The notes: generated by a model not told the origin, from the sequence alone. A DNA stretch of 64,000 nucleotides from Myxococcota bacterium (GCA_039028615.1 JBCCHT010000003.1:192001-256000); one strand, 5' to 3'; counted from the stretch's first letter, positions 46,139 through 58,184 are shown. Translations and numbers: made by a program.

Positions 46139-47938
46139 TCAGGCAGCGCGGCGTCGGCTCAGGCGGCGCAGGCCCAGCGCGGCGAAGAGCATGAGCATCC
46201 AGCCGGGCGCGCCGTCGTCGTCGCTGCGGCAGCCGCAGCCGCCCAGGGCACCGCCCTCACCGTCATCGTCCTGACCCGCGGAGTCGTCGTGGCCGTGGCA
46301 GGAGTTCGAGGGATCGAGGCCGTTGTTCCAGTTCTCGAGCAGGTCGTCGATCTCGGTCACGTTGTTGGCCAGCTCGACCGGGGCGAAGCCGGCCATGTGC
46401 TCGGTCACCCGCTGGGACCACGGCATGTGGTCGGGCGCGATGATCGGCCACTCGGTGGTGCTGGCCAGGCGCACGTTCCGGTTGCCCTCGGGCAGCTGCA
46501 TCTCGACGCGGCCGCCGCAGGAGAAGAACCGAGTCGAGGTGTAGCTGGTCCGGTCCACGTAGTCGAAGGGCATGGGCGGCTCCTCTTCGGCGAAAAAGAG
46601 CGGGTCTTCGGTCATCTCGTGGGGCGACAGCGTGGTGTACAGCCGGGTGACGAAGGGGTTTTCGTCCAGCAGCTCCACCGCGTGCAGGCCGGGGTTGATG
46701 ATGCGCTCGAGGACATCGTTGCCGAAGGCCTCGCCGTCCCACGCGCTGAGGTCGGCCTCGTCCTCGAAGCACTCGATGCACTCGTAGTACTCGGCCGCGG
46801 TCAGTCCCGCGGGGACGGGCAGGTAGCTGGCGAGGATGCCGAGCGTGAGCGGGTGCCCGGTGCAGGGCTCCTCGTCGCAGCGCAGCAGGTCCTGGTAGTA
46901 CAGGATGTCGTAGAGGTCTTCGGGGACGGTGGAGCTGAAGACCGCGTCGTCCCACAGGGGGTTGAAGAGCCCGTCGCGGGTGATGAGGTCGGTCGGCCCC
47001 GCGTACTCGGTGACGAAGCCGTGGCCTTCGACCAGCGGCTCGTCGATCGCCTGGGTGACCACCTCTTTGTAGTTGCTGCCCAGGTCGATCCAGTCGAGCT
47101 TGAGCGGGTTGAGCTCGACGTGGCGGTAGTTGGTCGGGTAGGCGCGGCCCTTGGCGAGGAAGAAGGCCCGGATGTCCATGTCCTCGGCCGCGGCGATGCG
47201 GGTCAACCGAATGGGCAGGCAGGGGCTTCGGCCCTCGTAGCGCAGGCTGATGGGGTGGATCTCGCCGACGTCGGCACCGTTGGTCAGGCGCACGGCCACG
47301 AACTGGGCGCCCTCGTCGACGTACTCCTGCAGGATCGGGGTGGCGTTCGGGTCTTGGTAGAAGTCGTTTTCGCCGAGCCAGATCATCAGGTCTTCGGCCG
47401 TCTGGGACTCGACCACCGCGATGTCGAACGCGCCCAGGGTCTGCTTGCTGATGACTTCGGTGCCGCCGCCCGTGGTGGCCCCATCGTCACCGCCGCCGCC
47501 GGCCGCATCCGAGTCTCCGCCCGGGGCCGCTCCGCCGCCGTCGCAGCCGTCCCAGTCATCCCAGCCCCCTTCGCCGCCCCAGTCGTCGTCGCAGAAATCG
47601 CGGAAGTTGCTGAAGCCGTAGCTCGGCACGGTGGAGTTTTGCAGGTTGAGCATCAGCTGCTGCGAGCTCACCGCGAACTCCGGCGTGTTCATCACCGGGA
47701 TGATCCACGCGAAGCGCTCGGCCTCGGTGGAGGGGTCGTACTCGATCTGGATGTGGGCCTCGACGTGGGTCTCGTCGAGCACGAAGACGATGGTCTCGCC
47801 CGTCTGGTCGACGGGCATCGCCTGGGGTCCGGCGTCGCAGAACGTGCCACCACAGGCATCGGCGGGGCGGGGGGTGGCAGCGACGAGCAACCCGGCGAGC
47901 CCTGCAGCTCCGCCGATCAATGAACCAAATCTACGCAT
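46139..47938 (-). CDS. DUF2330-like exported protein with MYXO-CTERM-type tail
   Basis: Signal ending ADA-CGGTFCD, VDQTGETIVF, FAWIIPV, PIRLTRIAA; C-terminal GGCGC...TM...RRLSRRR. Confidence 0.8.
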   Translation of the reverse strand: MRRFGSLIGGAAGLAGLLVAATPRPADACGGTFCDAGPQAMPVDQTGETIVFVLDETHVEAHIQIEYDPSTEAERFAWIIPVMNTPEFAVSSQQLMLNLQNSTVPSYGFSNFRDFCDDDWGGEGGWDDWDGCDGGGAAPGGDSDAAGGGGDDGATTGGGTEVISKQTLGAFDIAVVESQTAEDLMIWLGENDFYQDPNATPILQEYVDEGAQFVAVRLTNGADVGEIHPISLRYEGRSPCLPIRLTRIAAAEDMDIRAFFLAKGRAYPTNYRHVELNPLKLDWIDLGSNYKEVVTQAIDEPLVEGHGFVTEYAGPTDLITRDGLFNPLWDDAVFSSTVPEDLYDILYYQDLLRCDEEPCTGHPLTLGILASYLPVPAGLTAAEYYECIECFEDEADLSAWDGEAFGNDVLERIINPGLHAVELLDENPFVTRLYTTLSPHEMTEDPLFFAEEEPPMPFDYVDRTSYTSTRFFSCGGRVEMQLPEGNRNVRLASTTEWPIIAPDHMPWSQRVTEHMAGFAPVELANNVTEIDDLLENWNNGLDPSNSCHGHDDSAGQDDDGEGGALGGCGCRSDDDGAPGWMLMLFAALGLRRLSRRRAA

Positions 47939-48044
47939 GTGAACGCTCCAGAAACCAAGCCAGCAAGAGTCGAAAGCCAAGCCCGCGATCACCCTCTGCC
48001 GCCGACACTGCGACTCGAGGCTCTCGCGAGGTGCCCGGGCTTGG

Positions 48045-48061
48045 TGCAAGCATCGCGCCCA
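48045..48061 (-). promoter_or_regulatory. sigma54-type promoter facing the DUF2330 gene
   Basis: TGGGCGCGATGCTTGCA (GG-N10-GC). Confidence 0.5.
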
Positions 48062-48177
48062 ACCCGGTCCCGAGCGATCTATGGGGGTTTCGCCTGGAGC
48101 CAGCCGGGGGTTCCACCCTAGGCCTGACATCGATGTCGCGATCGCAGGGCGAGTCGGACGTCCGTGTCAGTCGTGGT

Positions 48178-48197
48178 CGATTGCAACGTTGCAATCG
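48178..48197. promoter_or_regulatory. Perfect 20-bp palindrome (putative TF/enhancer site)
   Basis: CGATTGCAACGTTGCAATCG is its own reverse complement. Confidence 0.6.
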
Positions 48198-48273
48198 TCG
48201 ACAAACACCCGATTCGTGCCATTTCGGCGATCTCAAGTCGGTGAAATGAAATGCGCGCTCGTGCATCCAAGGG

Positions 48274-48290
48274 TTGGCGCGGGGCTTGAA
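48274..48290 (+). promoter_or_regulatory. sigma54-type promoter facing the lipoprotein gene
   Basis: TTGGCGCGGGGCTTGAA (GG-N10-GA). Confidence 0.5.
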
Positions 48291-48315
48291 CAACTCGCGC
48301 CCGAAGACCACGCGC

Positions 48316-49260
48316 ATGATGCGATTGCCACGACGAACTCCCCGCTTTGCCTTGTTCCTGACCCTGGGAGCGCTTTCGACCGGCTGCCCCAGCGACGACG
48401 CGCCCGCGGACACCGACGAGGCCAGCACGGGCGCCTCCTCGACCGGGGGCATGGTCGAAGACTCGGGCAGCTCGGCCGCGACGCCTCCGGGCACCACGGG
48501 GAGCACCGATCCCGGCTCCACCACCGACACTCCGGCGGACTCCAGCGGAGGCGAGGACGACACGACCACGGGCGAGCCTCCGCCGAGCGGGGTGTGTGTG
48601 GGTATCGACACCGTCGGCGACATCGGCTCGGTCTACACCTCGCTGGGCCCGGGTGGGCCTCCGCCCCCGATGTGTGGCGCGGAGCCGGCCGGCTGCGGCG
48701 GTGATCTGGTGGGCACCTGGCAGGTCCAGCAGGTCTGCGGCTTCGATGCGCTCCCCAACCCGCTCGAGGACGACTGCCCGGGCTCGCAGTTCGACGTCGA
48801 AATTCTCTCGTCCACCGGCTCGCTCGAGTTCTTGGAAGACGGCACCTACGTCCAGGACACGACCATCGCCAACCAGGTCATCCTCACCCTCGACTCCATG
48901 ACCTGCTACGGGGCGACGTGCGAAGAGTTCGCGATGTTCGTGGAGATGGACACCCCGGGGGCGACCTGCCAGGACGTGGGCCCGGGCATGTGCGAGTGCA
49001 CCCTGCCCAACCCCGCCGAAGTCTCCTTGAACATGGGCACCTACTCCACGGACGGGAATACGCTGACGCTCAACGGTGACGACGGGTCGTTCGAGGAGTT
49101 CGAGTACTGCGCCATGGGCAACGCCCTGCAGACTTGGGCACCGCTGTACGACTTCGTGGTGACCGAGCAGGGTTGCGAGCTCGACGAGGAGTGCGAGGCC
49201 GCGCTGGGCGACATGCACGAATTCTACGTGTGCGCCCAAGAAGAGGACCTCGAGGAGTAA
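48316..49260 (+). CDS. Cys-rich acidic lipoprotein
   Basis: Lipobox LSTGC, Thr/Ser/Gly linker, CGGDLVGTW motif. Confidence 0.65.
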   Translation: MMRLPRRTPRFALFLTLGALSTGCPSDDAPADTDEASTGASSTGGMVEDSGSSAATPPGTTGSTDPGSTTDTPADSSGGEDDTTTGEPPPSGVCVGIDTVGDIGSVYTSLGPGGPPPPMCGAEPAGCGGDLVGTWQVQQVCGFDALPNPLEDDCPGSQFDVEILSSTGSLEFLEDGTYVQDTTIANQVILTLDSMTCYGATCEEFAMFVEMDTPGATCQDVGPGMCECTLPNPAEVSLNMGTYSTDGNTLTLNGDDGSFEEFEYCAMGNALQTWAPLYDFVVTEQGCELDEECEAALGDMHEFYVCAQEEDLEE

Positions 49261-49384
49261 TACGACCTCCAACGGGCCGACTGCGGGGGCAGGTCGGCCG
49301 ACGAGAGCAGTGGTCGGGCGGGTTTCGAGGGCGGCGAGACTCGGTGTCCTCGGGCCCGCCCGGCATTTTCGACGACGACGAGGC

Positions 49385-51355
49385 TCAGCCCTCGTCGTCG
49401 TCCTTCTCGGTGGGGCGTCGGCTCGCCAGCGCTTGGGTGAGCGCGGCATCGAGGGCTGCCCCCTGGCTCAGACCATCGATGTTGGCCCGCGCGTGGTCGG
49501 CCCAGACCCGTGCATCGGCGTCGCGGCTGCGGGAGGCCAACAGATCGACCAGGCCGACGGCTGCGGTGGCAGCGAGGCGAGGATGACGGCTGGCGAGGGC
49601 GTCGAAGTAGGCCGCCTGCAGGTCGCGCTCGGCTGCCACGGCGTCACCCTTGCCGAGATCGAGGGAGGCGCGTTCGATGCGAGCCCGCGCCGAGATGCGA
49701 CGATGCTCGCCCGCGTCGGCCTCTTCGACGACGGCGTCGATCTCTCGGCGCGCGGCATCGGGTCGCCCGGTGGTGCGGAGGGCTCGCGCTCGGCCGATGC
49801 GCTCGTTGAGGTCGAGGGCCAGCTCGGACCGGGGCTCGTCGGCGGCGGAGAGCAGGAGGGCATCGTCCTCGCAGTCGGCCAACGAAGGCAGCGCATGCGC
49901 GGCCGAGGCGGCTCGCTGCACGACCACCGTGGTGGGCTCTTCGAGGGCGGCCACGAACGACGCGAGGTCGACGCGGTGTCGCTCGAGGCACGCGGTGCGG
50001 GCGGCGTGCAGGGCCGTGCCACGGGCATCGCCCGCTCGTTTGTCGGCGCAGGCCCGCTCGTGCAGCCGAGTCCACGCCATCGCATGGGTATCGAGTCGCT
50101 CGGCGACGGGCGCCCAGCGGGCTTCGGCATCGACGATGCCCGAGTCCACGAAGGCCTTGCGCAGCTTCTGCTCGGTGGCGTCGTCCCAGCTCCCCGCGAG
50201 CACCTCGCTGGCGTCGCCGCACGTCGCGGCCGCGGCCCCGTTGCTGGCCGGCTGATTGAGCGTCGCCACCAGCAGGCCCGCCGCCGTGACCCCGGCCACG
50301 CTACCCACGGCGGCCCAGGCTCGCCACACGGGCGGAGCCGGCTTGTCCTCGTGGACCGTTCGCAGATCGCGAAGCAGGTCGGGCATCGAGGCGAAGCGAT
50401 CCTTGGGCTTGGAGGCCAGCCCGCGGCGCAGCACCTCGAATAGGCGTCGCGGCACGGGGGAGTTGGCGGGGGGCTCGAGCAGCTGCCCGCGATACTTGGC
50501 CCGGGCCTGCTGCTTGATGGAGCCCACCGCGAAGGGCAGCCGCCCGTAGAGCGCCTCGTACAGCGCGATGCAGTAGCTGTACTGATCGGAGCGAGCGTCT
50601 GCCGTCTTGCCCGCGTACTGCTCGGGCGCCATGTAGACCGGCGTACCCAAGATGGTGCCGTCGGCGGTCAGCGTCTCCGACCAGTGCCCGGAGTCGGTGT
50701 CGTCGTGCAGGACCTCGGGCGCGACCTCGGGCTCGGGCTCGTCGACCGCGGCGCGAGCGAGGCCGAAGTCCAGCACGCGCACGCGACCATCGTCGCCCAC
50801 CAACACGTTGGCCGGCTTGAAGTCGCGGTGCACCAGGCCGGCATTGTGGGCGGCGGCCAGGCCTCGGCCCGCGGCACGAAACACGCCCAGGGTTCGTCGC
50901 CAGGGGGGCTTGACCGCCTTGAGCCAGTCGCGGGCGTCCGCGCCTTCGACGAATTCCATCGCGACGTAAAGGCCCGTGCCGTACTCGCCGACGTCGTAGA
51001 CCGGGATCACGTTGGGGTGCGACAGCTGGGCCATCGCTCGCGCCTCGCGGAGCAATCGCTTGCGTCGCTTCTCCGCGGCCGGGCCCACGGCGCGCCCCGC
51101 CTTGAGCAGCTTGAGCGCGACCTCGCGGCGCAGCTCGGGGTCGTGCGCCCGATACACCACGCCCATACCCCCCGCGCCCACGCGCTCGAGCACGGCGTAG
51201 CGACCGACCTTCGATCCATCGCCGAGGTTGCCGTCGCTCGGGGCGGTGGGCAGCGTCGCGTCGAAGCCCGCGGCCTCGGTTCCAGAGTCCGCGACGGTCG
51301 CTGGATCGCCGGGCTCGGGTCCGTCCGAGCCGGCGTAGGGCATGGTCTCGGCCAC
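49385..51355 (-). CDS. Membrane Ser/Thr protein kinase
   Basis: VGAGGMGVV, VALK, HRDFKPAN, DFG, GTPVYMAPEQ, TM segment; extracytoplasmic region related to that of the 7399..10398 kinase. Confidence 0.92.
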   Translation of the reverse strand: MAETMPYAGSDGPEPGDPATVADSGTEAAGFDATLPTAPSDGNLGDGSKVGRYAVLERVGAGGMGVVYRAHDPELRREVALKLLKAGRAVGPAAEKRRKRLLREARAMAQLSHPNVIPVYDVGEYGTGLYVAMEFVEGADARDWLKAVKPPWRRTLGVFRAAGRGLAAAHNAGLVHRDFKPANVLVGDDGRVRVLDFGLARAAVDEPEPEVAPEVLHDDTDSGHWSETLTADGTILGTPVYMAPEQYAGKTADARSDQYSYCIALYEALYGRLPFAVGSIKQQARAKYRGQLLEPPANSPVPRRLFEVLRRGLASKPKDRFASMPDLLRDLRTVHEDKPAPPVWRAWAAVGSVAGVTAAGLLVATLNQPASNGAAAATCGDASEVLAGSWDDATEQKLRKAFVDSGIVDAEARWAPVAERLDTHAMAWTRLHERACADKRAGDARGTALHAARTACLERHRVDLASFVAALEEPTTVVVQRAASAAHALPSLADCEDDALLLSAADEPRSELALDLNERIGRARALRTTGRPDAARREIDAVVEEADAGEHRRISARARIERASLDLGKGDAVAAERDLQAAYFDALASRHPRLAATAAVGLVDLLASRSRDADARVWADHARANIDGLSQGAALDAALTQALASRRPTEKDDDEG

Positions 51356-51490
51356 GATGGCGGGGACGATATCACTCCGGGCCCCGCGCGGGCACCCGGC
51401 CCGGGAGCCCTCCCAAGCCCCTCTCAGGGTCGTTTTTCGGGCCTGCTCGGGTGGCCCGTGAGCGCCGCCGCAGCCCGTCGGCGGACGGGG

Positions 51491-52429
51491 TCAGGCGCAG
51501 AGCCGAGTGACCACCGCGTCGACCCACGTGAGCAGGTCGGCCGTCACCTCATCGCGGTTGGTCTCGTTGAGCGTCTCGTGTCGCGCGTCCTCGTAGATCT
51601 TCAGGGTGACGTCGGTGAGACCCGCGCTGGCGTAGTCCTCGGCGAGCCCTCGGACCGAGGCTCCGTCGTCGCCCACGGGGTCGCGGCCCCCCGCGAACAA
51701 GTAGACCGGCAGCGACTTGGGCACGCGGGCCTGGTTTTCGCTGCGGGTGAAGACCGCGGTGGCGTCGAGCAGATCGATCCACAGCTGATTGGTGCACATG
51801 AAGCCGCTCAGGGGGTCGGCGATGTAGAGGTCGACCTCGTCTTCGTCGCGGGACAGCCAGTCGAACTCGGTGCGGTTGGGTTTGAACTTCTTGTTGAAGT
51901 CCTTGAAGGTCATCGCCTCGATGATGCTCGACTGGCCGTGGGCGCCCTGTCGCCAGCGTTCGAAGCGCGCGAGGAGGCGGCCGATCTTGGCGATGAACGG
52001 AGGCCGACCGTTGGTGCCCGACAGCACCGCCGCGTCGATGACCTCGGCGTGCTCGTACATGAACTGCTGGGTGAGCAGCGAGCCCATCGAGTGCCCCATC
52101 AAGATCGTCGGCAGACCGGGGTGGAGCTGTCGCTCCCGATCGATGTGGTCCCGTAGGTCCTGCACCGCCAACGCCCACCCGCCTTCGTCGGCGAAGTGCC
52201 CCTGAACCCACTTCCCGTCGATCGTGCGGCCGTGGCCGCGGTGATCGTTGGCATAGACGGCGATCCCCTTCTCCGTCAGCGCCTCGGCCACGCGCTCGTA
52301 GCGGGCGCCGTGCTCGGCCATGCCGTGGGCGATGTGCATCACCGCTCGGACCTCGCCATCGGGGAGCCAGCCGTAGACGTATCGCGGACACCCATCGGCC
52401 GCCGAGTGGGTGGTTGGGGATTTGCGCAT
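51491..52429 (-). CDS. Alpha/beta hydrolase (lysophospholipase-like)
   Basis: HGMAEHGARY, DHRGHG, GHSMGS, D in GGRDPV, H in ARHETLNE. Confidence 0.9.
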   Translation of the reverse strand: MRKSPTTHSAADGCPRYVYGWLPDGEVRAVMHIAHGMAEHGARYERVAEALTEKGIAVYANDHRGHGRTIDGKWVQGHFADEGGWALAVQDLRDHIDRERQLHPGLPTILMGHSMGSLLTQQFMYEHAEVIDAAVLSGTNGRPPFIAKIGRLLARFERWRQGAHGQSSIIEAMTFKDFNKKFKPNRTEFDWLSRDEDEVDLYIADPLSGFMCTNQLWIDLLDATAVFTRSENQARVPKSLPVYLFAGGRDPVGDDGASVRGLAEDYASAGLTDVTLKIYEDARHETLNETNRDEVTADLLTWVDAVVTRLCA

Positions 52430-52490
52430 GCCGCATTCATACGGCCAATTCGAGGGGAGATCACGCGGGCGTTTTGCAGTACAAGGTTTC

Positions 52491-54182
52491 GTGCTCCACC
52501 GTGTACCCCGCAATCCGTGGTGGCTGGGCGTGGTGGGCATGCTGTTCGTGCTGCCGACGCTGGGCGCGGGCATCGTCTTCGACGACGTCCTCGTTCGCAT
52601 GCGCCGCGTCGCCAACCATCCCGCGTGGGGCGAGGCGCGGTGGTGGGACCTTTACACCTTTGCCGATCCCGCGTTGAACGAGGGGCTGCGGAGCGTGGGT
52701 TTTCACCCGTGGTGGGCCGATCCGCAGGTGCAGATGACCTTCTTTCGGCCACTGTCCTCGGCGACCCATGTGCTCGACTACGCGCTGTGGCCCGACGCGC
52801 CGTGGCTGCACCACGCCCATAGTGTGCTGTGGTACGGCGCCGCAGTGGTCGCGGTGGCGGCTCTGCTGCGTCGTCTCGATCCCGAGTGACCGGCCGTCAC
52901 CGCGCTGGCGGGGCTGCTCTTTGCGCTGAGCGTCGGGCACGTGACGGCGGGGGGCTGGGTGGCGGCGCGCAACATGTTCATCTGCACGGTGCTCGGGTGC
53001 GGTGTCGTCGGGCTGCACGTGCGAGGCCGCATCGGGTGGGCCACGGTCGTGCTCGTGATCGGCCTGCTCGCGGGTGAAGCTGCCCTGGCCGCGGTCGGCA
53101 TCGTGGTCGCGTGGCAGCTGTGCCTGGGCGAGCGGCGGCTGCGACCGCTGGTGCCCTACGCCATCGTCGTGATCGGGTGGCGGGTCGCGTATCGGCTCGC
53201 GGGGTTCGGCTCGGCGGCGACGAGCTGCTACGACGACCCCGGCTCCGACCTGCTGGGGGCCATCCGGGCGATCGCCATCCACCTGCCGTCCTTGCTCGGC
53301 GCGAAGTGGCTGCTGGTCCCCGTCGATATGTGGGCTTCGCTGCCGACCTCGATGCACGCCGTGGTGGCGGGCGGCTGTGCCGTGGCCATGCTCGGGCTGG
53401 CGTGGGCGTTTCGCCGCTTGCTACGCGAAGACGCCCACGCGCGCTTCTACGGACTGGCGATGGTGCTCGCCCTCGTGCCCTTCACCCTCACCATGCCGAT
53501 GGATCGCTTGGTGCTGTTCGGGAGCATCGGCGCGTCGGGACTACTGGCATTGGCGGCCGTGTCTCGGCTGGTCGCGCGACCGGTGGTGCTCGCATTGTTG
53601 GTGCTGCACCTGCCAGTGTCGCTCGCGTTCGGCCTGTTCCGCGGGGCGTTCATCGGTCCCACCATGGCCATGTTCACCAACGTGCTCGATCAGGCGCCCG
53701 CCGACGCCGAGGTGCCGCAGCAGACCTTCGTGAACCTCAACGGCACCTTTCATCGCGAGCACTACTTGCTGCTCATGCGACACACGGCGGCCGAGCCCGT
53801 ACCGCGGCGCAGCGTCGTATTGGCGCCGATGGTGGGCGACGTTCGAGTCATTCGAAAGGACGAACGTACGCTGGAGGTGACGCCAACGGATGGCTTCATG
53901 GCCATCGGCCTGGACCGGATCCACCGTCGCGACCCTCGGCTCGCGCTCGGGCACGTCGTGTCGCTGCCCGATGTCGACATCGAGGTGGTCGCGCTCACCG
54001 ATGACGGCCGCCCCGCCACCGTCACCGCCACGTTTCGCGTCCCGCTCGAGGACCCCTCGCTGCGCTGGCTGGTCACCGAGGCCTGCGACCCCGAGGCGTT
54101 CCCCGTCGAGGTCTGCACCCGCGAGCGCGAGCCCCCGGCGGTGGGGCAGACCGTGGACTTGCCCGCGGTCCGCCCCTTCTAG
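52491..54182 (+). pseudogene. Multi-TM GT-C-like membrane protein interrupted by an in-frame TGA at 52887-52889
   Basis: ORFs 52410..52889 and 52941..54182 share a frame and read continuously LLRRLDPE*PAVTALAGLLF; FDD and FFRPLSSATH motifs. Confidence 0.6.
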
Positions 54183-54185
54183 CGG

Positions 54186-55508
<1,323 letters not shown>

Positions 55509-55793
55509 TGTCGTTTCCCCCGGGCCGCATGGGACAACTCTTCACGTCCTGCGGCGATTGGCATGGTGCCGCGGGCTCGCATGCGAGGCAAACGCGGACG
55601 CGCGAAAGCAGTTCGGTACGAGATTTCAGCGGCTTGGGCCCACGTGCGAAGATGTCGCGGCGGTGCATATGCGTTCGACGCCAGGTCGGGCGATTTCGCG
55701 GCGGGTCACCCAGCAAATCGCGGAATCGATCGGCTGCGATCGATCCGCCTCGCGTTGCCCGCGCGGATGCCTGCTAGGCTGAGCCGCAGCCGG

Positions 55794-56495
55794 ATGGAAC
55801 CAGCGGTACGCGAGGTGATCGATCGAGCGGCGGCCCGCCACGGTGGGTGGGAGCGCTGGCAGAACCTCGAGTCGATCACGCTGGACGTCGAATCGCTCGG
55901 CGGCATGGTCCCGTGGGTCAAGGGGCTCGGGCGGACCTTCCCGCAGATGGGACGATGCACCGTCGATCCACGCCGCCGGGTGCTCACCGCCCACGACTTT
56001 CCGAGCGCGGGGCAGTCCGTGGTGTTCGAGCGCGGCCGCATCGTGGGGGAGGAGCCCGACGACTATCGCCGACGCTTCGATGGCCTCGCCAAGCTGCGCC
56101 GCTGGACCCCGGCCGATGCGACGTACTTCTTCGGCTATGCGCTGACCCACTACTTGGCGCTGCCCTTTTCCTTGGCCGACGCGGACGTCGTCGAGCATCG
56201 ACCTCGGCGTGGCGCCTCGGGCTGCGATCGCCTCACGGTTCGCTATCCCCCCGGCGCACACACGCACGGGGAGATCGAGCGCTTCCACTTCGATGCCACC
56301 GGGCTGCTCGTGCGCCACGACTACCACGCCGAGATCCTCGGTCCAGGGACCCACGGTGCGCACTTCAGTCGGGACTACGTGGACGTCGACGGGCTGCCGA
56401 TCGCTCGGACCCGTCGCGTCGTGATGCGGCTGGGCTCGTGGGCGACGCCGATCCCCGTGCTGACGGCGTCGCTCCTGCCCCTCGAGTGCCGCTAG
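55794..56495 (+). CDS. Hypothetical protein
   Basis: MEPAVREVIDRAAARHGGWERW...YFFGYAL...FDATGLLVRHDY; C-terminal part of ORF 54204..56495. Confidence 0.65.
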   Translation: MEPAVREVIDRAAARHGGWERWQNLESITLDVESLGGMVPWVKGLGRTFPQMGRCTVDPRRRVLTAHDFPSAGQSVVFERGRIVGEEPDDYRRRFDGLAKLRRWTPADATYFFGYALTHYLALPFSLADADVVEHRPRRGASGCDRLTVRYPPGAHTHGEIERFHFDATGLLVRHDYHAEILGPGTHGAHFSRDYVDVDGLPIARTRRVVMRLGSWATPIPVLTASLLPLECR

Positions 56496-56908
56496 GGCAC
56501 GCCGGCCGCGAGCCACTGCTCGAGCAGATCGAGTTCTTCTGGCGAGGGCCCGCCCGCGGGCGGCATGGTGGGCGAGTCGCCCGAGGCCCGAGCCTCGATG
56601 CGGTCGGCCAGCGCTTCCACGTCGTCCCGATCGTCGAAGTCGATGCCCTCGGGTGCGCCGCTGCGAGCATCCCCGGTCAGCTCGGACGAATGGCAGCCGC
56701 GGCACCAGTTGCGGATGAACGCGTCGCCGAAGTTCTCGTAGGTCACCAGCTCGGTGTCTTCGCCGCCCGAGCTGCCATCGGCCGCGCCGGTCTCGGCCGC
56801 CCCGGACGAACCCCCGAGGTCGTCGGGCGGCGTGGTCTCACCGCGGCAGGCGACCACGGACAGTGTGAGAGCGAGCGTGCAAATCCAAGTTTTAGGTCCA
56901 AAGGGCAT
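56492..56908 (-). CDS. Small monoheme cytochrome c-like lipoprotein
   Basis: Lipobox VVAC, CRGCH heme motif, MPP axial-ligand-like motif, C-terminal WLAAG. Confidence 0.7.
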   Translation of the reverse strand: MPFGPKTWICTLALTLSVVACRGETTPPDDLGGSSGAAETGAADGSSGGEDTELVTYENFGDAFIRNWCRGCHSSELTGDARSGAPEGIDFDDRDDVEALADRIEARASGDSPTMPPAGGPSPEELDLLEQWLAAGVP

Positions 56909-58157
56909 GCAGAGCGTCTCTTTCGTAGCGGGCGGCGGTATTGCTGGCGCCGAGCATTTCGGCGACGCCGCGGAGCACGTGTTCGGAGTGCAGGGTCACG
57001 CCGTCGGCGGACTGGGCTCCGGTCTGGAGGTCGATGGGCAGCGGCTTGAGCCACTCGTCGGTGTGCCCCAGCGCCCGGCCCCCCCGGACGCTGGGGCCCA
57101 CCACCATGGCACTGGTCCATGGCCAATGGTCCTTGCCCCCTTGGCTGTTGTGACGTGGCGTTCGGCCCATCTCGGAGATGGCGAGCACCACGGTCTCCTC
57201 GAGAACCCCCCGGGCCTCGAGCGCGGCCATCATCGCGTTCATACCCGCGAAGAAGCCCTCGTGAGCCTCGGCTTGCGACGCGTTGTAGCCGTGCGTGTCC
57301 CAGAACAAGTCCGGCTGCACGAGCGCGACCTGACTGAGGCCTTCGGCGAAGGCCCCCGCCACGTGATCCCAGGGCGCCTCGGTCTCCTCGAACAGAGCGT
57401 AGTCCGAGAGCACGCCGCCCTGGCGCGCCGCGGCCTGGAGCTGCTCGACGCGGCGCAGGCTCGCGAGGTAGTCGGCCATGCGTCGGGCGGTGAGCTCGGT
57501 GCCGGGCATGTCGGCCATGCGTTGCCCGCGAGACTCGAGGTACGCGGTCATGGCCGCTCGCTCGGCCGCGTTGGGCGACAGGCCGGCGTCGGGAGTGGCC
57601 TGGCCCGGCTGCGGCCAGCCGAAGTCGGGGGTGGCCAGCGCCATCAGCTGGTTGGTGTCGCCGAACTGACCCGCCTGCGCGGCGTGGCCGTAGGTCTTGG
57701 CGTGCGGCGAAAGGGCCAGGTAGGGCAGGGCCAGCGAGGAGCCGAGCTCGTCCGCCACCTGCGAGCCGAGGTCGGGGTCGTCGCCCAGGCGCCCGGTCAT
57801 CATGACCTTGACGCAGCTTTCGTGGGCGAGGGACTCGACGGAGATGCCGTTGACGACCGCGGTGCGTGACGCCCATTGGGTGAAGAAGTCGGTCACCGCC
57901 GGGCGATCGGCGTGGGTCCAGATCGGCAGGTCACCGAACATCTGCACGTCGCCCGGGATCATGTCGACCTCGGGGGAGTCGGGCTTGGGGTCGAGGGTCC
58001 AGGTGGGGTCCCAGCCGCCGTAGGCGACCATCACCACCAGCTTGCACGTACGGTCACCCGTTCCGCGGGCGGAGGCCGAGGAGCTGCCGCGCAGCCCCAG
58101 GGCTCCCAGCAGAGATCCGGCGGCGCCGAGTCGGAGAAAGTTCCTTCGCGAAGTCAT
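56892..58157 (-). CDS. Tat-exported DUF1501-family protein
   Basis: SRRNFL, GGWD, WDTH, SEMGRTP, GKDHW. Confidence 0.85.
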   Translation of the reverse strand: MTSRRNFLRLGAAGSLLGALGLRGSSSASARGTGDRTCKLVVMVAYGGWDPTWTLDPKPDSPEVDMIPGDVQMFGDLPIWTHADRPAVTDFFTQWASRTAVVNGISVESLAHESCVKVMMTGRLGDDPDLGSQVADELGSSLALPYLALSPHAKTYGHAAQAGQFGDTNQLMALATPDFGWPQPGQATPDAGLSPNAAERAAMTAYLESRGQRMADMPGTELTARRMADYLASLRRVEQLQAAARQGGVLSDYALFEETEAPWDHVAGAFAEGLSQVALVQPDLFWDTHGYNASQAEAHEGFFAGMNAMMAALEARGVLEETVVLAISEMGRTPRHNSQGGKDHWPWTSAMVVGPSVRGGRALGHTDEWLKPLPIDLQTGAQSADGVTLHSEHVLRGVAEMLGASNTAARYERDALHALWT

Positions 58158-58184
58158 GGCTGTTTCGTCCGTTCGTGGCAGGGG

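Noticed and set aside
52887..52889. Selenocysteine recoding of the in-frame TGA
   Set aside because: Loop of a membrane protein with no redox-Cys context and no evident SECIS hairpin.
55509..55790. Possible lysine riboswitch upstream of lysC
   Set aside because: No recognisable L-box conserved motifs or terminator.
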